A stretch of 59,138 nucleotides of DNA from a virus (taxonomy: Duplodnaviria > Caudoviricetes), in IMG/VR virus record IMGVR_UViG_3300035228_000525, positions 1-59,138 of that record. The stretch is one strand, 5' to 3'. Below the pieces are notes generated by a model that was not told where the DNA came from, did not search any database, and saw nothing but the letters and a program-made list of their open reading frames with translations. The translations under genes were made by a program, and so were the position numbers. Each line of letters begins with the position of its first letter. The stretch's first letter is position 1. This document shows positions 48,749 to 57,704 of the stretch, one piece after another.

Positions 48749-49629
48749 TTTGCTTGATCAAAAACAATTGGTACTTCGTAAGTTTCCGGAGCACCTTTAG
48801 CAATATCTTCTGGATCAGAAGCCGCAGTCATTGGTTTAACAGCAAAGTTTTCTTTTTGTATTTCGATATGTTTAGTAATATCGTCAAACACACCCTTTTC
48901 AGCATTACTAATAAAGTCATTAATATGTTGCCTATTAGTTACTATATCATCGCCGGCAGTAATCGATACAATACTGTCAGTAATAATTCCAACTGTAAGA
49001 TCTCTAAGTTTACTAAAAGTTTTTCCAAACTTTTCTAACTTTTCTTCTTCATTCATCTCAGCATCATTAACAATAGTAAACATTCTTTGTTCTTCAAATG
49101 TTGTTAACTGTGCTTGTGTAAACTCTTTATAAGATACTGGTCTAACTTTAACTTGAAAATCAGGTGATGACATAGCAACATCTTCAATAAAATTAAATTG
49201 TCCCATAGTTTCTAATAATTGTTTTAAATCTAATGCAAATATCTTTTCTTCTTTAGCCATTGGAGGCTGAATAGTAAGATCCATTTGATCACCATAAGAT
49301 GCAATACGTATTGCAATTAAACATGCATCGACATCAATACTAGGCATAGCCCATGCATCTTTAATATTTGGTATACAACTTTGTATAATCTCAACAGTTG
49401 CCGCACCATTAAGTAGTGCATCTGGAGTCTTTAAAGTTAATTCATCTTTAGCTGTCATTGCAAAGACTGGTAGTTCGTTATTTTCGGTCATTTGAATTGA
49501 CCCTTGACGGTACCAACTACCTTTACTAGGCAACGTAATATACAATTTAGGTTGTCTAAAGTATTTCTTTAAAGGGTTAGCACCTGTAGCAGTTATTTCA
49601 GTTACTCCTGGCGCATTATTTTCATTCAT
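48736..49629 (-). CDS. gp26: Baseplate hub assembly chaperone (gp26-like)
   Basis: NPLKKYFRQPKLYITLPSKG..MTAKDEL.LK..SIDVDACLIAIRIASYG; C-terminal NFFA; GGAG RBS. Confidence 0.75.
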   Translation of the reverse strand: MNENNAPGVTEITATGANPLKKYFRQPKLYITLPSKGSWYRQGSIQMTENNELPVFAMTAKDELTLKTPDALLNGAATVEIIQSCIPNIKDAWAMPSIDVDACLIAIRIASYGDQMDLTIQPPMAKEEKIFALDLKQLLETMGQFNFIEDVAMSSPDFQVKVRPVSYKEFTQAQLTTFEEQRMFTIVNDAEMNEEEKLEKFGKTFSKLRDLTVGIITDSIVSITAGDDIVTNRQHINDFISNAEKGVFDDITKHIEIQKENFAVKPMTAASDPEDIAKGAPETYEVPIVFDQANFFA

Positions 49630-49640
49630 GTTTTTCTCCG

Positions 49641-49648
49641 TATAAATA
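49641..49648 (+). promoter_or_regulatory. T4-type late promoter TATAAATA (tape-measure gene)
   Basis: Exact consensus in the divergent intergenic gap. Confidence 0.75.
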
Positions 49649-49672
49649 CATTATACAAGTATGTATCTCTTA

Positions 49673-49680
49673 TATTTATA
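49673..49680 (-). promoter_or_regulatory. T4-type late promoter TATAAATA (gp26-like gene)
   Basis: Exact consensus on the minus strand, face-to-face with 49641-49648. Confidence 0.75.
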
Positions 49681-49706
49681 TGCGTACTTAATAGGATTTA
49701 TAATTT

Positions 49707-52211
49707 ATGGCAGACGTCACAGGTACCATTGGTCAAGAGGAAGTAAACCTCGAAAATGCGGCCACTGAAGCAACTTTAAAACAGCTACTCAAAGCTATGC
49801 AAGGTGGCGGCGGTGGAGCTGGCGGAGCTGGTAAAGCTAAAGATTCTTTATTAGATTTAGCTAAACAATCAGGCCATACATCTAAAGAATTAGACGAATT
49901 AGAAGATTCTGCTGACAAAGCTGGAAATGCAATGTCTCGCGGTGCCGGACATATATTTAATGCTGTTAAAGGATTAGCAGGAGAATTACTTACTGGCGGG
50001 ACTCAAATCAGTGACTTTACTAGTCATATTGCAGGCGCGGCTAGTGCAATACCTATTTTTGGTGGACCATTAGCTTCTATTGGTCAACTATTAGTATCCA
50101 CAATAGATAATCAAATTCAAGACTTTAGAGAACTATCAGCAGTAGGTGTTGATGTTGGCGGTGGTTTACAAGAGTTTAGAAAAATTGCGGCTTCGACTGC
50201 AATGGATATGGATAGTTTTAAAGACATTGTAATTAATAGCTCAGAAGTTTTTGCAAGTTTAAATTTAAACGGCGGAGATGGTGTTAGACAGTTTGCTAAA
50301 TTACAAGCTACACTAGCTAAAAGTTCTAATCAATTTACTAGCTTAGGTTTAACTATGTCAGAAGTAGGAGAATTTACTGTTGACTATATGAAAATTCAAG
50401 CTAGAGGTGCTAGATTCCAGCAGATGACCGCAAATCAACAAACTAATGGTGCAAAGGCTTATATTTTAGAACTTGATAGACTATCTAAATTAACAGGTAA
50501 GTCAAGAAGAGAACTTGCTGATCAAATGGATGCTAGATCACAAGATGCGGCATTTGAAACGTATGTAAAAACATTAGGCGATCAAGAAAAAGCTGTACGA
50601 GATACTGTTGCTTTTTATACTGCTAAAAACAAACAAATAGGTGACGCAGTTGCTGAAATGGTAGTAACTAACGGTGCGCCTACTACTGCAATGGGTAAAG
50701 CCTTATTAAATCTAAATCCACAACTTGGTACAATGGTTGAAGGACTAAAGAAAGGAACTGTAACACGAGCAGAATTTGATGCGGCTATGGTTAAGGCTCA
50801 AGAAGAATATAATAAAATGCCGGCTGAACAAAAGAAAGCATATGCAATTTCTGCAAAAGCGGGTAATGAATTTTCTGGTGCAATGACAGAGATAGGTAAC
50901 TCAGTAACATTAAAAGCTAAAACTATGACTGAGCAAGAAAAGAAAGATGCGGCTCAGAAAGTGTTAGATGAAGCGGCGGCTAAAGAAAGAAGAGATAAAC
51001 TAACAGCGTTTAGTACAGAAGTACAAAAAATTAAAAATAAAATAACAGATGCATTAATAGAATCAGGTGTGTTTACTACAGTTGAAACAGCCCTTACAAC
51101 GCTAGGAGATGCTATAGCTAATGTTGATATGGAAGTAATGAAAGGTTATGTTGATACGTTTGCTGAAAAGCTAAAAGGTCTTATTACAGCATTTGAAAAT
51201 GGCAATCTTATGGAAACAGTGGGCACATATCTAAAAGATGGCCTATCAAAATTGGGCGAATTAATGAAACCTCATATTAGTTCGGCACTTAGCGGACTAA
51301 AACAAATGGCACTGGATGCTATATTTGGTAAAAAGAAAACACAAGAAGGTCCACCGGGCGGTGGAGGAAATGGTGCAGATTTAGAAGCTGACAACGGGTT
51401 TACTGCACTTGGCGATATACTTAAAATTATCGGAGGAGCAACAATAAGTGCCGGATTGGCCGGGTTAGGCGCAATGCTTGCGACAGGCGGTGTTGTGTAT
51501 TTAGGATTTAAAGCATTTACATCAATATTAAAAATGTTTGCAAACGGACCAGTAGCAATTGGTGCCGCAGTATTTACGGCTATGCTTATTGGTACTGGCG
51601 CCGCAATAACACTTGCAGGAAAAGGCATTGACTTAGCAGGAGACGGCGTTGAAAAGATTGCCGCAGGTGTTGAAAAAATGGCTAACATGAAAGGCGCGAC
51701 AAACTTTGCAGAAATTTCTACATCATTAGGATTACTAGGACCTGCATTAATTTCACTTACTGCCGGCGGAGTGCTAGATAGTATTACTAGTTTCTTTGGT
51801 GCTGATTCTCCCTTTGATAAAATTGTTGATGGATTAAACAAGTTTAAAGGCATTGATGCAAATGCTATTACTAATGTAAAACTAAGTGGCACTGCACTAG
51901 AAAGTTTATCAAAATTTGGTGATGATTTAGATGCTAGTGGATTAAAAGAATACGCAAAGCAAATGGAACGTTTGGGCACTGCTCTTGGAACAATTAATGA
52001 TGAATTAACTAAAGATAATAGTTGGTTACCTTTTTATAAAGGCGAAAATGCCGGTAATACTAAATTACCTAACATGGGCGGATCCGGATCAGGTAGCTCA
52101 GATCAGCTTACGATGTTAAATACTACTAATCAAAGTATCTTAGAAGTGTTACGCTTAGGTAACTTAATTAACAAACAAGGTTACAGAGATCTCAAAGGTG
52201 ACTACAATTAG
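49707..52211 (+). CDS. Tape-measure-like protein
   Basis: 834 aa, helical Ala/Gly/Leu-rich, ELDRLSKLTGKSRREL motif, hydrophobic segments in the C-terminal third; next to the chaperone gene. Confidence 0.7.
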   Translation: MADVTGTIGQEEVNLENAATEATLKQLLKAMQGGGGGAGGAGKAKDSLLDLAKQSGHTSKELDELEDSADKAGNAMSRGAGHIFNAVKGLAGELLTGGTQISDFTSHIAGAASAIPIFGGPLASIGQLLVSTIDNQIQDFRELSAVGVDVGGGLQEFRKIAASTAMDMDSFKDIVINSSEVFASLNLNGGDGVRQFAKLQATLAKSSNQFTSLGLTMSEVGEFTVDYMKIQARGARFQQMTANQQTNGAKAYILELDRLSKLTGKSRRELADQMDARSQDAAFETYVKTLGDQEKAVRDTVAFYTAKNKQIGDAVAEMVVTNGAPTTAMGKALLNLNPQLGTMVEGLKKGTVTRAEFDAAMVKAQEEYNKMPAEQKKAYAISAKAGNEFSGAMTEIGNSVTLKAKTMTEQEKKDAAQKVLDEAAAKERRDKLTAFSTEVQKIKNKITDALIESGVFTTVETALTTLGDAIANVDMEVMKGYVDTFAEKLKGLITAFENGNLMETVGTYLKDGLSKLGELMKPHISSALSGLKQMALDAIFGKKKTQEGPPGGGGNGADLEADNGFTALGDILKIIGGATISAGLAGLGAMLATGGVVYLGFKAFTSILKMFANGPVAIGAAVFTAMLIGTGAAITLAGKGIDLAGDGVEKIAAGVEKMANMKGATNFAEISTSLGLLGPALISLTAGGVLDSITSFFGADSPFDKIVDGLNKFKGIDANAITNVKLSGTALESLSKFGDDLDASGLKEYAKQMERLGTALGTINDELTKDNSWLPFYKGENAGNTKLPNMGGSGSGSSDQLTMLNTTNQSILEVLRLGNLINKQGYRDLKGDYN

Positions 52212-52220
52212 GAAAAAGGT

Positions 52221-53966
52221 ATGAGTTGGAAAAAATATTTTACACCTGTTAAAACAGGGGATAACATGGGCGGAAGCTATTCGCCTTTGGGAGGCGGCAA
52301 AGGTGGAGGTAATCCTGGACCGGCACATTCGAAATATAGCTCATACTTACCAGATGTATATGTAGGTAGTCCTAATAGAGTTGAGCGTTACGGACAATAC
52401 AATACTATGGATATGGATTCAGAAGTTAATGCGGCTTTAGATATCTTAGCAGAGTTTTGTTCACAGCAAAACTCTCACAATAGAACTCCGTTTACTGTAG
52501 ACTTTAAAAAGAAATCTACAAATACAGAAACAACAATTATACAACAATACTTACAGCAATGGTGCAAACTACAAAAATTTGAAACACGTATGTTTAGAAT
52601 ACTACGAAATTGTTTTAAATATGGAGATCAATTTTTTATTAGAGATCCTGAAACTAAAAAACTATATCATGTAGACGGTGCAAACGTTAATAGAATTATT
52701 GTAAACGAAAGCGAAGGAAAAACTCCTGAGCAGTATGTTATTAAAAACTTTAATTTAAATTTTAAAGATATGGTAGCTACTACTCCTCATGTAACAAGTG
52801 GGAACATTAACGGCGGTGGCGGAACTTATCAGCCAGCAGGCGGTGTTAGAGGTATGGTAGGAAATGCTCCACAGCAATCAGGATCAAGATTTAGTACTGA
52901 AGATGGAGAAATTTCTGTCGATGCAGACAATATTGTACATTTAAGTTTATCAGAAGGATTAGATCAAAACTATCCTTTTGGTAATAGTCTATTAGAAACT
53001 GTATTTAAAGTATACAAGCAAAAAGAATTATTAGAGGATGCTATTATCATCTACAGAGTACAACGTGCTCCAGAACGCAGGGTGTTCTATGTAGATGTCG
53101 GCAATATGCCGTCGCACTTAGCGATGCAATTTGTTGAGCGTGTAAAAACTGAGATTCACCAACGCAGAATCCCAAGTAGTACAGGCGGAGGAACTAATGT
53201 TATAGACAGTAGTTATAATCCTTTATCAATTAACGAAGATTATTTCTTTCCACAAACTGCTGAAGGACGCGGATCTAAAGTTGAAACACTACCGGGTGGT
53301 ACTAATCTAGGAGAGATTGATGATCTTAGATATTTTACTAACAAGTTAGTTCGTGGATTGCGTATTCCTTCAAGTTATCTACCTACTGGTGCAGATGATT
53401 CAGCCGCACAATATAATGATGGCCGAGTTGGAACAGCATATATTCAAGAATTAAGATTTAATACATACTGTGAAAGACTACAAAACTTAATTGTTGAAGA
53501 GTTAAATCAAGAATTTAAACGGTATGTATTGGAAAAGGGCATTAACATTGACACAGCAATGTTTGATCTAAGATTCCAGCCACCACAAAACTTTGCAAGC
53601 TATAGACAATCAGAAATTGACAATGCACGTATTCCAACATTTACACAAATGAGTGCTATACCTTATATTTCAAATCGTTTTGCAATGCAACGCTTCTTAG
53701 GAATGTCAGCAGAAGAAGTTGCAGAAAATGAACGCTTATGGCGAGAAGAAAATGACGAAAATTTAGATCCATTGCCGGCAGATGCTGAAGGCGAAATGAG
53801 AACTGCTGGAATAAGCGGTGCTGGTATTGCTGGAGACATAGGCGGTATGGAAGATGAAGCACCAACTGATGAAGCACCTATTGAAGGCGGTATGGATGAT
53901 GCCGGTGCAGAAGTACCAACTGGAGGAGATGCAGGCGCTGAAGGTAATACTGACGTAACTGTATAA
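52221..53966 (+). CDS. gp20: Portal protein
   Basis: LLEDAIIIYRVQRAPERRVFYVDVGNMP..EDYFFP..GSKVETLPGGTNLGEIDDLRYF. Confidence 0.95.
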   Translation: MSWKKYFTPVKTGDNMGGSYSPLGGGKGGGNPGPAHSKYSSYLPDVYVGSPNRVERYGQYNTMDMDSEVNAALDILAEFCSQQNSHNRTPFTVDFKKKSTNTETTIIQQYLQQWCKLQKFETRMFRILRNCFKYGDQFFIRDPETKKLYHVDGANVNRIIVNESEGKTPEQYVIKNFNLNFKDMVATTPHVTSGNINGGGGTYQPAGGVRGMVGNAPQQSGSRFSTEDGEISVDADNIVHLSLSEGLDQNYPFGNSLLETVFKVYKQKELLEDAIIIYRVQRAPERRVFYVDVGNMPSHLAMQFVERVKTEIHQRRIPSSTGGGTNVIDSSYNPLSINEDYFFPQTAEGRGSKVETLPGGTNLGEIDDLRYFTNKLVRGLRIPSSYLPTGADDSAAQYNDGRVGTAYIQELRFNTYCERLQNLIVEELNQEFKRYVLEKGINIDTAMFDLRFQPPQNFASYRQSEIDNARIPTFTQMSAIPYISNRFAMQRFLGMSAEEVAENERLWREENDENLDPLPADAEGEMRTAGISGAGIAGDIGGMEDEAPTDEAPIEGGMDDAGAEVPTGGDAGAEGNTDVTV

Positions 53967-53969
53967 ATA
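53962..53969 (+). promoter_or_regulatory. T4-type late promoter TATAAATA
   Basis: Exact consensus over the portal stop codon, 5 nt before ATG 53975. Confidence 0.7.
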
Positions 53970-53974
53970 GTAAT

Positions 53975-54223
53975 ATGATACTACGTGAATTATTTTATTT
54001 TGATAAAGAAACTTTAGACCCAGTTGATGACAAACGTTATGATGCTGACTTAGATCAGTCTCCTGTAGACTTAGATGATACACGAAAAACTAAACTAACA
54101 CTTCGCCAGATCAATCGAGCAAGGAAAGCCGCAGAGCTACATACAGAAGAAACAGAGAAAGAACTTCACTTTGTTAGACAAATGTATGGTAATGCGGCCA
54201 ATGCAGAGGCCGGCGGAGTATGA
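53975..54223 (+). CDS. Small head-module hypothetical protein
   Basis: 82 aa, MILRELF..TRKTKLTLRQIN..QMYG; located directly after portal. Confidence 0.75.
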   Translation: MILRELFYFDKETLDPVDDKRYDADLDQSPVDLDDTRKTKLTLRQINRARKAAELHTEETEKELHFVRQMYGNAANAEAGGV

Positions 54224-54226
54224 TAA

Positions 54227-54835
54227 TTGAGTATAGCTTTTGTACTAGGTAACGGTACTAGTCGTCAATCAATACCAATAGAACCATTAAAAAAATACGG
54301 AACTTTATATGCATGCAATGCAGTATATAGAGAAACATCTGTTGATTATCTAGTAGCTGTAGATATTAAGATGATTCATGAAATTAACATGAGTCGATAT
54401 CATATGTCTAATCAAGTTTGGACAAACTATAATAAAGCATTTGAACCTTATACTAGTTTTAATTATTTTAATCCTAGTTTAGGATGGAGTAGCGGACCAA
54501 CAGCGTTACATCTTGCGGCAACGCATGATCATTCAGTAGTATATATATTAGGTTTTGACTACAAAGGAATAGGTCCGGAGCATAAAAGAGTAAACAATAT
54601 ATACTCAAGTACTGCAAATTATAAAAGATCTGAAGACGGAGCAACATATTATGGTAATTGGTTGCGTCAAACATGCAATGTAATACAGAAATCTCCGCAA
54701 AAGAGATATATAAGAGTGTTAGAGAATAAGGACTCGTATATTCCAGAACCTTTTGATAACTTTGCAAATTTAAGCCATGTAACCATTGAAGATTTTGCTA
54801 AATCCTTCAATATACAGCATCATATCTCAAAATGA
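54227..54835 (+). CDS. Maf/DUF115-like (nucleotide-sugar transferase-type) protein
   Basis: AFVLGNGTSR..YACNAVYRE..DYLVAVD..SSGPTALHLA..VYILGFDY; TTG start with GGAG RBS. Confidence 0.55.
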   Translation: MSIAFVLGNGTSRQSIPIEPLKKYGTLYACNAVYRETSVDYLVAVDIKMIHEINMSRYHMSNQVWTNYNKAFEPYTSFNYFNPSLGWSSGPTALHLAATHDHSVVYILGFDYKGIGPEHKRVNNIYSSTANYKRSEDGATYYGNWLRQTCNVIQKSPQKRYIRVLENKDSYIPEPFDNFANLSHVTIEDFAKSFNIQHHISK

Positions 54836-54875
54836 CTCATTTTGAGCCTATTATACACCCATATTTCATACATTG

Positions 54876-54883
54876 AGTAAATA
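54876..54883 (+). promoter_or_regulatory. Late promoter-like AGTAAATA for the core/protease/scaffold/capsid genes
   Basis: TAAATA core in the 99-bp gap, AGGAG RBS before 54935. Confidence 0.55.
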
Positions 54884-54934
54884 CAACTGACAGCCTAACC
54901 TTAGGTACATAAACATTTCATTAGGAGAAAGAAA

Positions 54935-55957
54935 ATGGCAGATCGTAACAAGTTCGAGGAAATGCTCGAAAAATTAGTTAACGAAGACCGTGCTGGTGCG
55001 GAAGAACTATTTCACGAAATAGTTGTTGAAAAATCCAGAGACATTTATGAGAATCTTTTAGAAGATGATCTAGAAGTTGACGAAGCTAACGACGAAGAAG
55101 TAGATGAAGCTACTGACGAAGAAGTAGACGAAGCAACTGACGAAGAAGTTGACGAATCAAGTGAAGAAGTCGACGAAACTAAAGACGAAGAAGTAGATGA
55201 GTCAGATGAAGACTTAGATGAAAACTTTGATTTAGACGAATTTGAAGTTGAAGCAGATCCAATGGATATGGATTCATCAGCTGACATGGCAATGGATATT
55301 GGTGCTGACGCAGGCGAAGAAGATCCAATGGGCATGGACGACGAAGGTGAAGCAGGTTCACCAGAAGACATGGCTGACGACATCAGTGATTTGCAAGACG
55401 AAGTAGAAAAATTAAAAGCGGCATTTGATGCAGAAATGGGCGGAGACTCCATGGACACAGATGACGATAAAGATTCCGAAGACGGCGATGACGGCGACGA
55501 GGAAGAAGAAGATGCTCCAGAAGAAGAGAGTGTCAATCTTGGCATGGAAGAAGCTACTGACGAAGAAGTAGACGAAGCAACTGATGAAGTTGACGAGTCC
55601 GGTGATAAATCAGAAGCAGAACAAATGCGTGAGTATGTTGAAAAAGTAAGTGGTGGTGGATTAGATGCACAAAAAATTGGCGGCGATAACGGCGCAAATG
55701 CAAAAAGTCCAGTAGCAAGTGCTAACAAAATGGGCGACGGCACAACAGCAAATATAGTTGCAGGTGGCGAAGCTGGTCCAGGTGGGACAGCTGGCGGTTT
55801 AGCTGGTAATAGTCCTAAAGTAGACAACATGGGCAACATAAACGTTCCAGGCGGTAAAGCAGGGAAAGCAATGAAACCAATGTCAAAAGGCCACGGTGCT
55901 GAGAAAAAAGGCGCAGGCGAAACAGCTGACAATAAGAAATCTATTGTAGGCAAATAA
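54935..55957 (+). CDS. Acidic prohead core protein (gp67/gp68-position)
   Basis: Very D/E-rich, repeated VDE|A motifs, located between portal and protease. Confidence 0.7.
   Translation: MADRNKFEEMLEKLVNEDRAGAEELFHEIVVEKSRDIYENLLEDDLEVDEANDEEVDEATDEEVDEATDEEVDESSEEVDETKDEEVDESDEDLDENFDLDEFEVEADPMDMDSSADMAMDIGADAGEEDPMGMDDEGEAGSPEDMADDISDLQDEVEKLKAAFDAEMGGDSMDTDDDKDSEDGDDGDEEEEDAPEEESVNLGMEEATDEEVDEATDEVDESGDKSEAEQMREYVEKVSGGGLDAQKIGGDNGANAKSPVASANKMGDGTTANIVAGGEAGPGGTAGGLAGNSPKVDNMGNINVPGGKAGKAMKPMSKGHGAEKKGAGETADNKKSIVGK
55073..55222 (+). repeat. Degenerate 21-24-nt coding tandem repeat (DEEVDEAT)
   Basis: About six GACGAAGAAGTnGAyGAA-like units, with two more near 55548-55597. Confidence 0.85.
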
Positions 55958-55967
55958 GGAAGACTAG

Positions 55968-56585
55968 ATGCTAAACTTACGTGAGAACTTGACATTCGAC
56001 CAGGCGAAGATCGTCGTAGAAACTGCTAATGATGGCAAAGACCTTTTTATGAAAGGTATTTGTATACAAGGCGGAGTACGCAATGCTAATCAGCGTGTGT
56101 ACCCTGTTAATGAAATTGGTAGGGCTGTCAAAACTCTTAACGATCAAGTTACAGGAGGATACAGTGTACTCGGGGAAGTAGATCATCCAGAAGGCCTTAA
56201 CATTAACTTAGACCGCGTGTCTCACATGATTACAGAAATGTGGATGGAAGACGCTAACGGTTATGGGAAGTTAAAGATATTACCAACTCCTATGGGAAAA
56301 CTAGTTGAAACAATGCTTAATAGCGGCGTTAAACTTGGTGTTTCCAGTAGGGGCTCTGGTGAAGTAACAGACTCCGGTGATGTATCGGATTTTGAAATCA
56401 TAACAGTGGACGTTGTGGCACAGCCAAGTGCGCCAGGAGCATATCCGACAGCAATTTACGAACACTTAATGAATGCTCGAGGCGGGCACAAGGCATATGA
56501 ATTAGCACAGGCAACAAGACACGATCCAAAGGCACAAAAGTATCTTAAGGAATCGCTGATTAATATAATCAGCAAACTCCAGTAA
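55968..56585 (+). CDS. gp21: Prohead protease
   Basis: GICIQ..NANQRVYP..LGEVDHP..DRVSH..ILPTPMG..LGVSSRGSG..DVVAQPSAPGA. Confidence 0.95.
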   Translation: MLNLRENLTFDQAKIVVETANDGKDLFMKGICIQGGVRNANQRVYPVNEIGRAVKTLNDQVTGGYSVLGEVDHPEGLNINLDRVSHMITEMWMEDANGYGKLKILPTPMGKLVETMLNSGVKLGVSSRGSGEVTDSGDVSDFEIITVDVVAQPSAPGAYPTAIYEHLMNARGGHKAYELAQATRHDPKAQKYLKESLINIISKLQ

Positions 56586-56599
56586 ACTAGGAGAATAGT

Positions 56600-57694
56600 A
56601 TGATAGATGCACTGAAAACACTCTTTGAAAACGATGTAGTTTCTGAAGATATCAGGGCTCAAATTGAAGAAGCTTGGGAAAGCAAAATTAAAGCGAATAA
56701 GATGCAGGTAACTGCTGAACTTCGTGAAGAATTTGCATCTAAGTACGAGCATGACAAGAGTCAGATGGTAGAAGCTGTCGACACTCTAGTTTCAGATCGA
56801 CTTCAAGCAGAAATTTCTGAGTTTGCAGATGACCGCAAACAACTAGCTGAAGCTAAAGCAAAATATGCAGTAGCAATGCGTGAAAACGCAAACCTATTAA
56901 AAAGTTTTGTAATGCAACAGTTAGGTAAAGAAGTTTCTGAATTACACGAAGATCAAAAAGTAATGTCAACTAAGTTTGGCCAGCTTGAAGAATTCGTTGT
57001 AGAAGCCCTATCTAAGGAAATTGCAGAATTTTACGAGGATAAACAAGACTTGGCTGAAACAAAAGTACGTTTAGTACGTGAAGCTAAGACACACTTCAAT
57101 AAAGTTAAAAAGAACTTCATTGAAAAGAGTGCAGTTAAAGTATCAGAAATGGTAAGTAAGAACTTGAATAAAGAAATTACTTCACTTAAAGAAGATATTG
57201 AAACTGCAAGACAAAATGACTTCGGTCGTAAGTTGTTTGAATCTTTTGCATCCGAGTATGCTAATAGCTACTTAAATGAAAAAAGTGAAACAGCAAAACT
57301 TCTAAAAGTTGTCGATACTAAAAATCGTCAATTAGCAGAAGCAAAGAACATTGTTGATAAGACTACAACTTTAACAGAAGCTAAAGATGCTGAAATTAAA
57401 AAGATTAACGAGTCAGTTCAACGTTCGAAAATTATGAACGATTTGATTGCACCATTAGGTAACGATCAACGTGAGATAATGTCAGACTTACTGGAATCTG
57501 TTCAAACTTCAAAATTAGAAAAGTCGTTTAACAAGTACCTACCAACAGTAATTGAGGGTAATAGTCCAGCGAAGAAGAAGGCAGTTATTGTAGAAGGCAA
57601 AGAAATTACAGGCAATAAAGAAGAAACTAACGTTAGTAGACAAAAGCAAAACGAGAATGTCGTCGACATCCGTCGTTTAGCTGGATTAAATTAA
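56600..57694 (+). CDS. gp22: Prohead scaffold protein
   Basis: Coiled-coil, E/K-rich, located between gp21 and gp23. Confidence 0.85.
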   Translation: MIDALKTLFENDVVSEDIRAQIEEAWESKIKANKMQVTAELREEFASKYEHDKSQMVEAVDTLVSDRLQAEISEFADDRKQLAEAKAKYAVAMRENANLLKSFVMQQLGKEVSELHEDQKVMSTKFGQLEEFVVEALSKEIAEFYEDKQDLAETKVRLVREAKTHFNKVKKNFIEKSAVKVSEMVSKNLNKEITSLKEDIETARQNDFGRKLFESFASEYANSYLNEKSETAKLLKVVDTKNRQLAEAKNIVDKTTTLTEAKDAEIKKINESVQRSKIMNDLIAPLGNDQREIMSDLLESVQTSKLEKSFNKYLPTVIEGNSPAKKKAVIVEGKEITGNKEETNVSRQKQNENVVDIRRLAGLN

Positions 57695-57704
57695 GGAGAT
57701 AATT

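Noticed and set aside
48615-49038. Plus-strand ORFs 48615-48800 and 48754-49038
   Set aside because: Antisense to the gp26/gp51-like frames, which explain the region better.
1880-52220. Genome-wide TAG reassignment (code 15), suggested by the amber at 19587
   Set aside because: Only one internal TAG is evident in about 55 kb of coding DNA, and TAG ends three genes at natural boundaries (1880, 41385, 52211).
52209-52223. Tape-measure TAG is in frame with the portal ATG (TAG GAA AAA GGT ATG), so readthrough would fuse them
   Set aside because: One-in-three chance of being in frame; the spacer is the portal RBS (AGGA); a tape-measure-portal fusion is structurally implausible.
55073-55222. Possible CRISPR-like repeat array
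   Set aside because: Units are adjacent, have no spacers, vary at third codon positions and are in-frame coding repeats.
55045-55995. 316-aa Ser-rich minus-strand ORF
   Set aside because: Antisense shadow of the GAA/GAC-rich core gene; no RBS or promoter.
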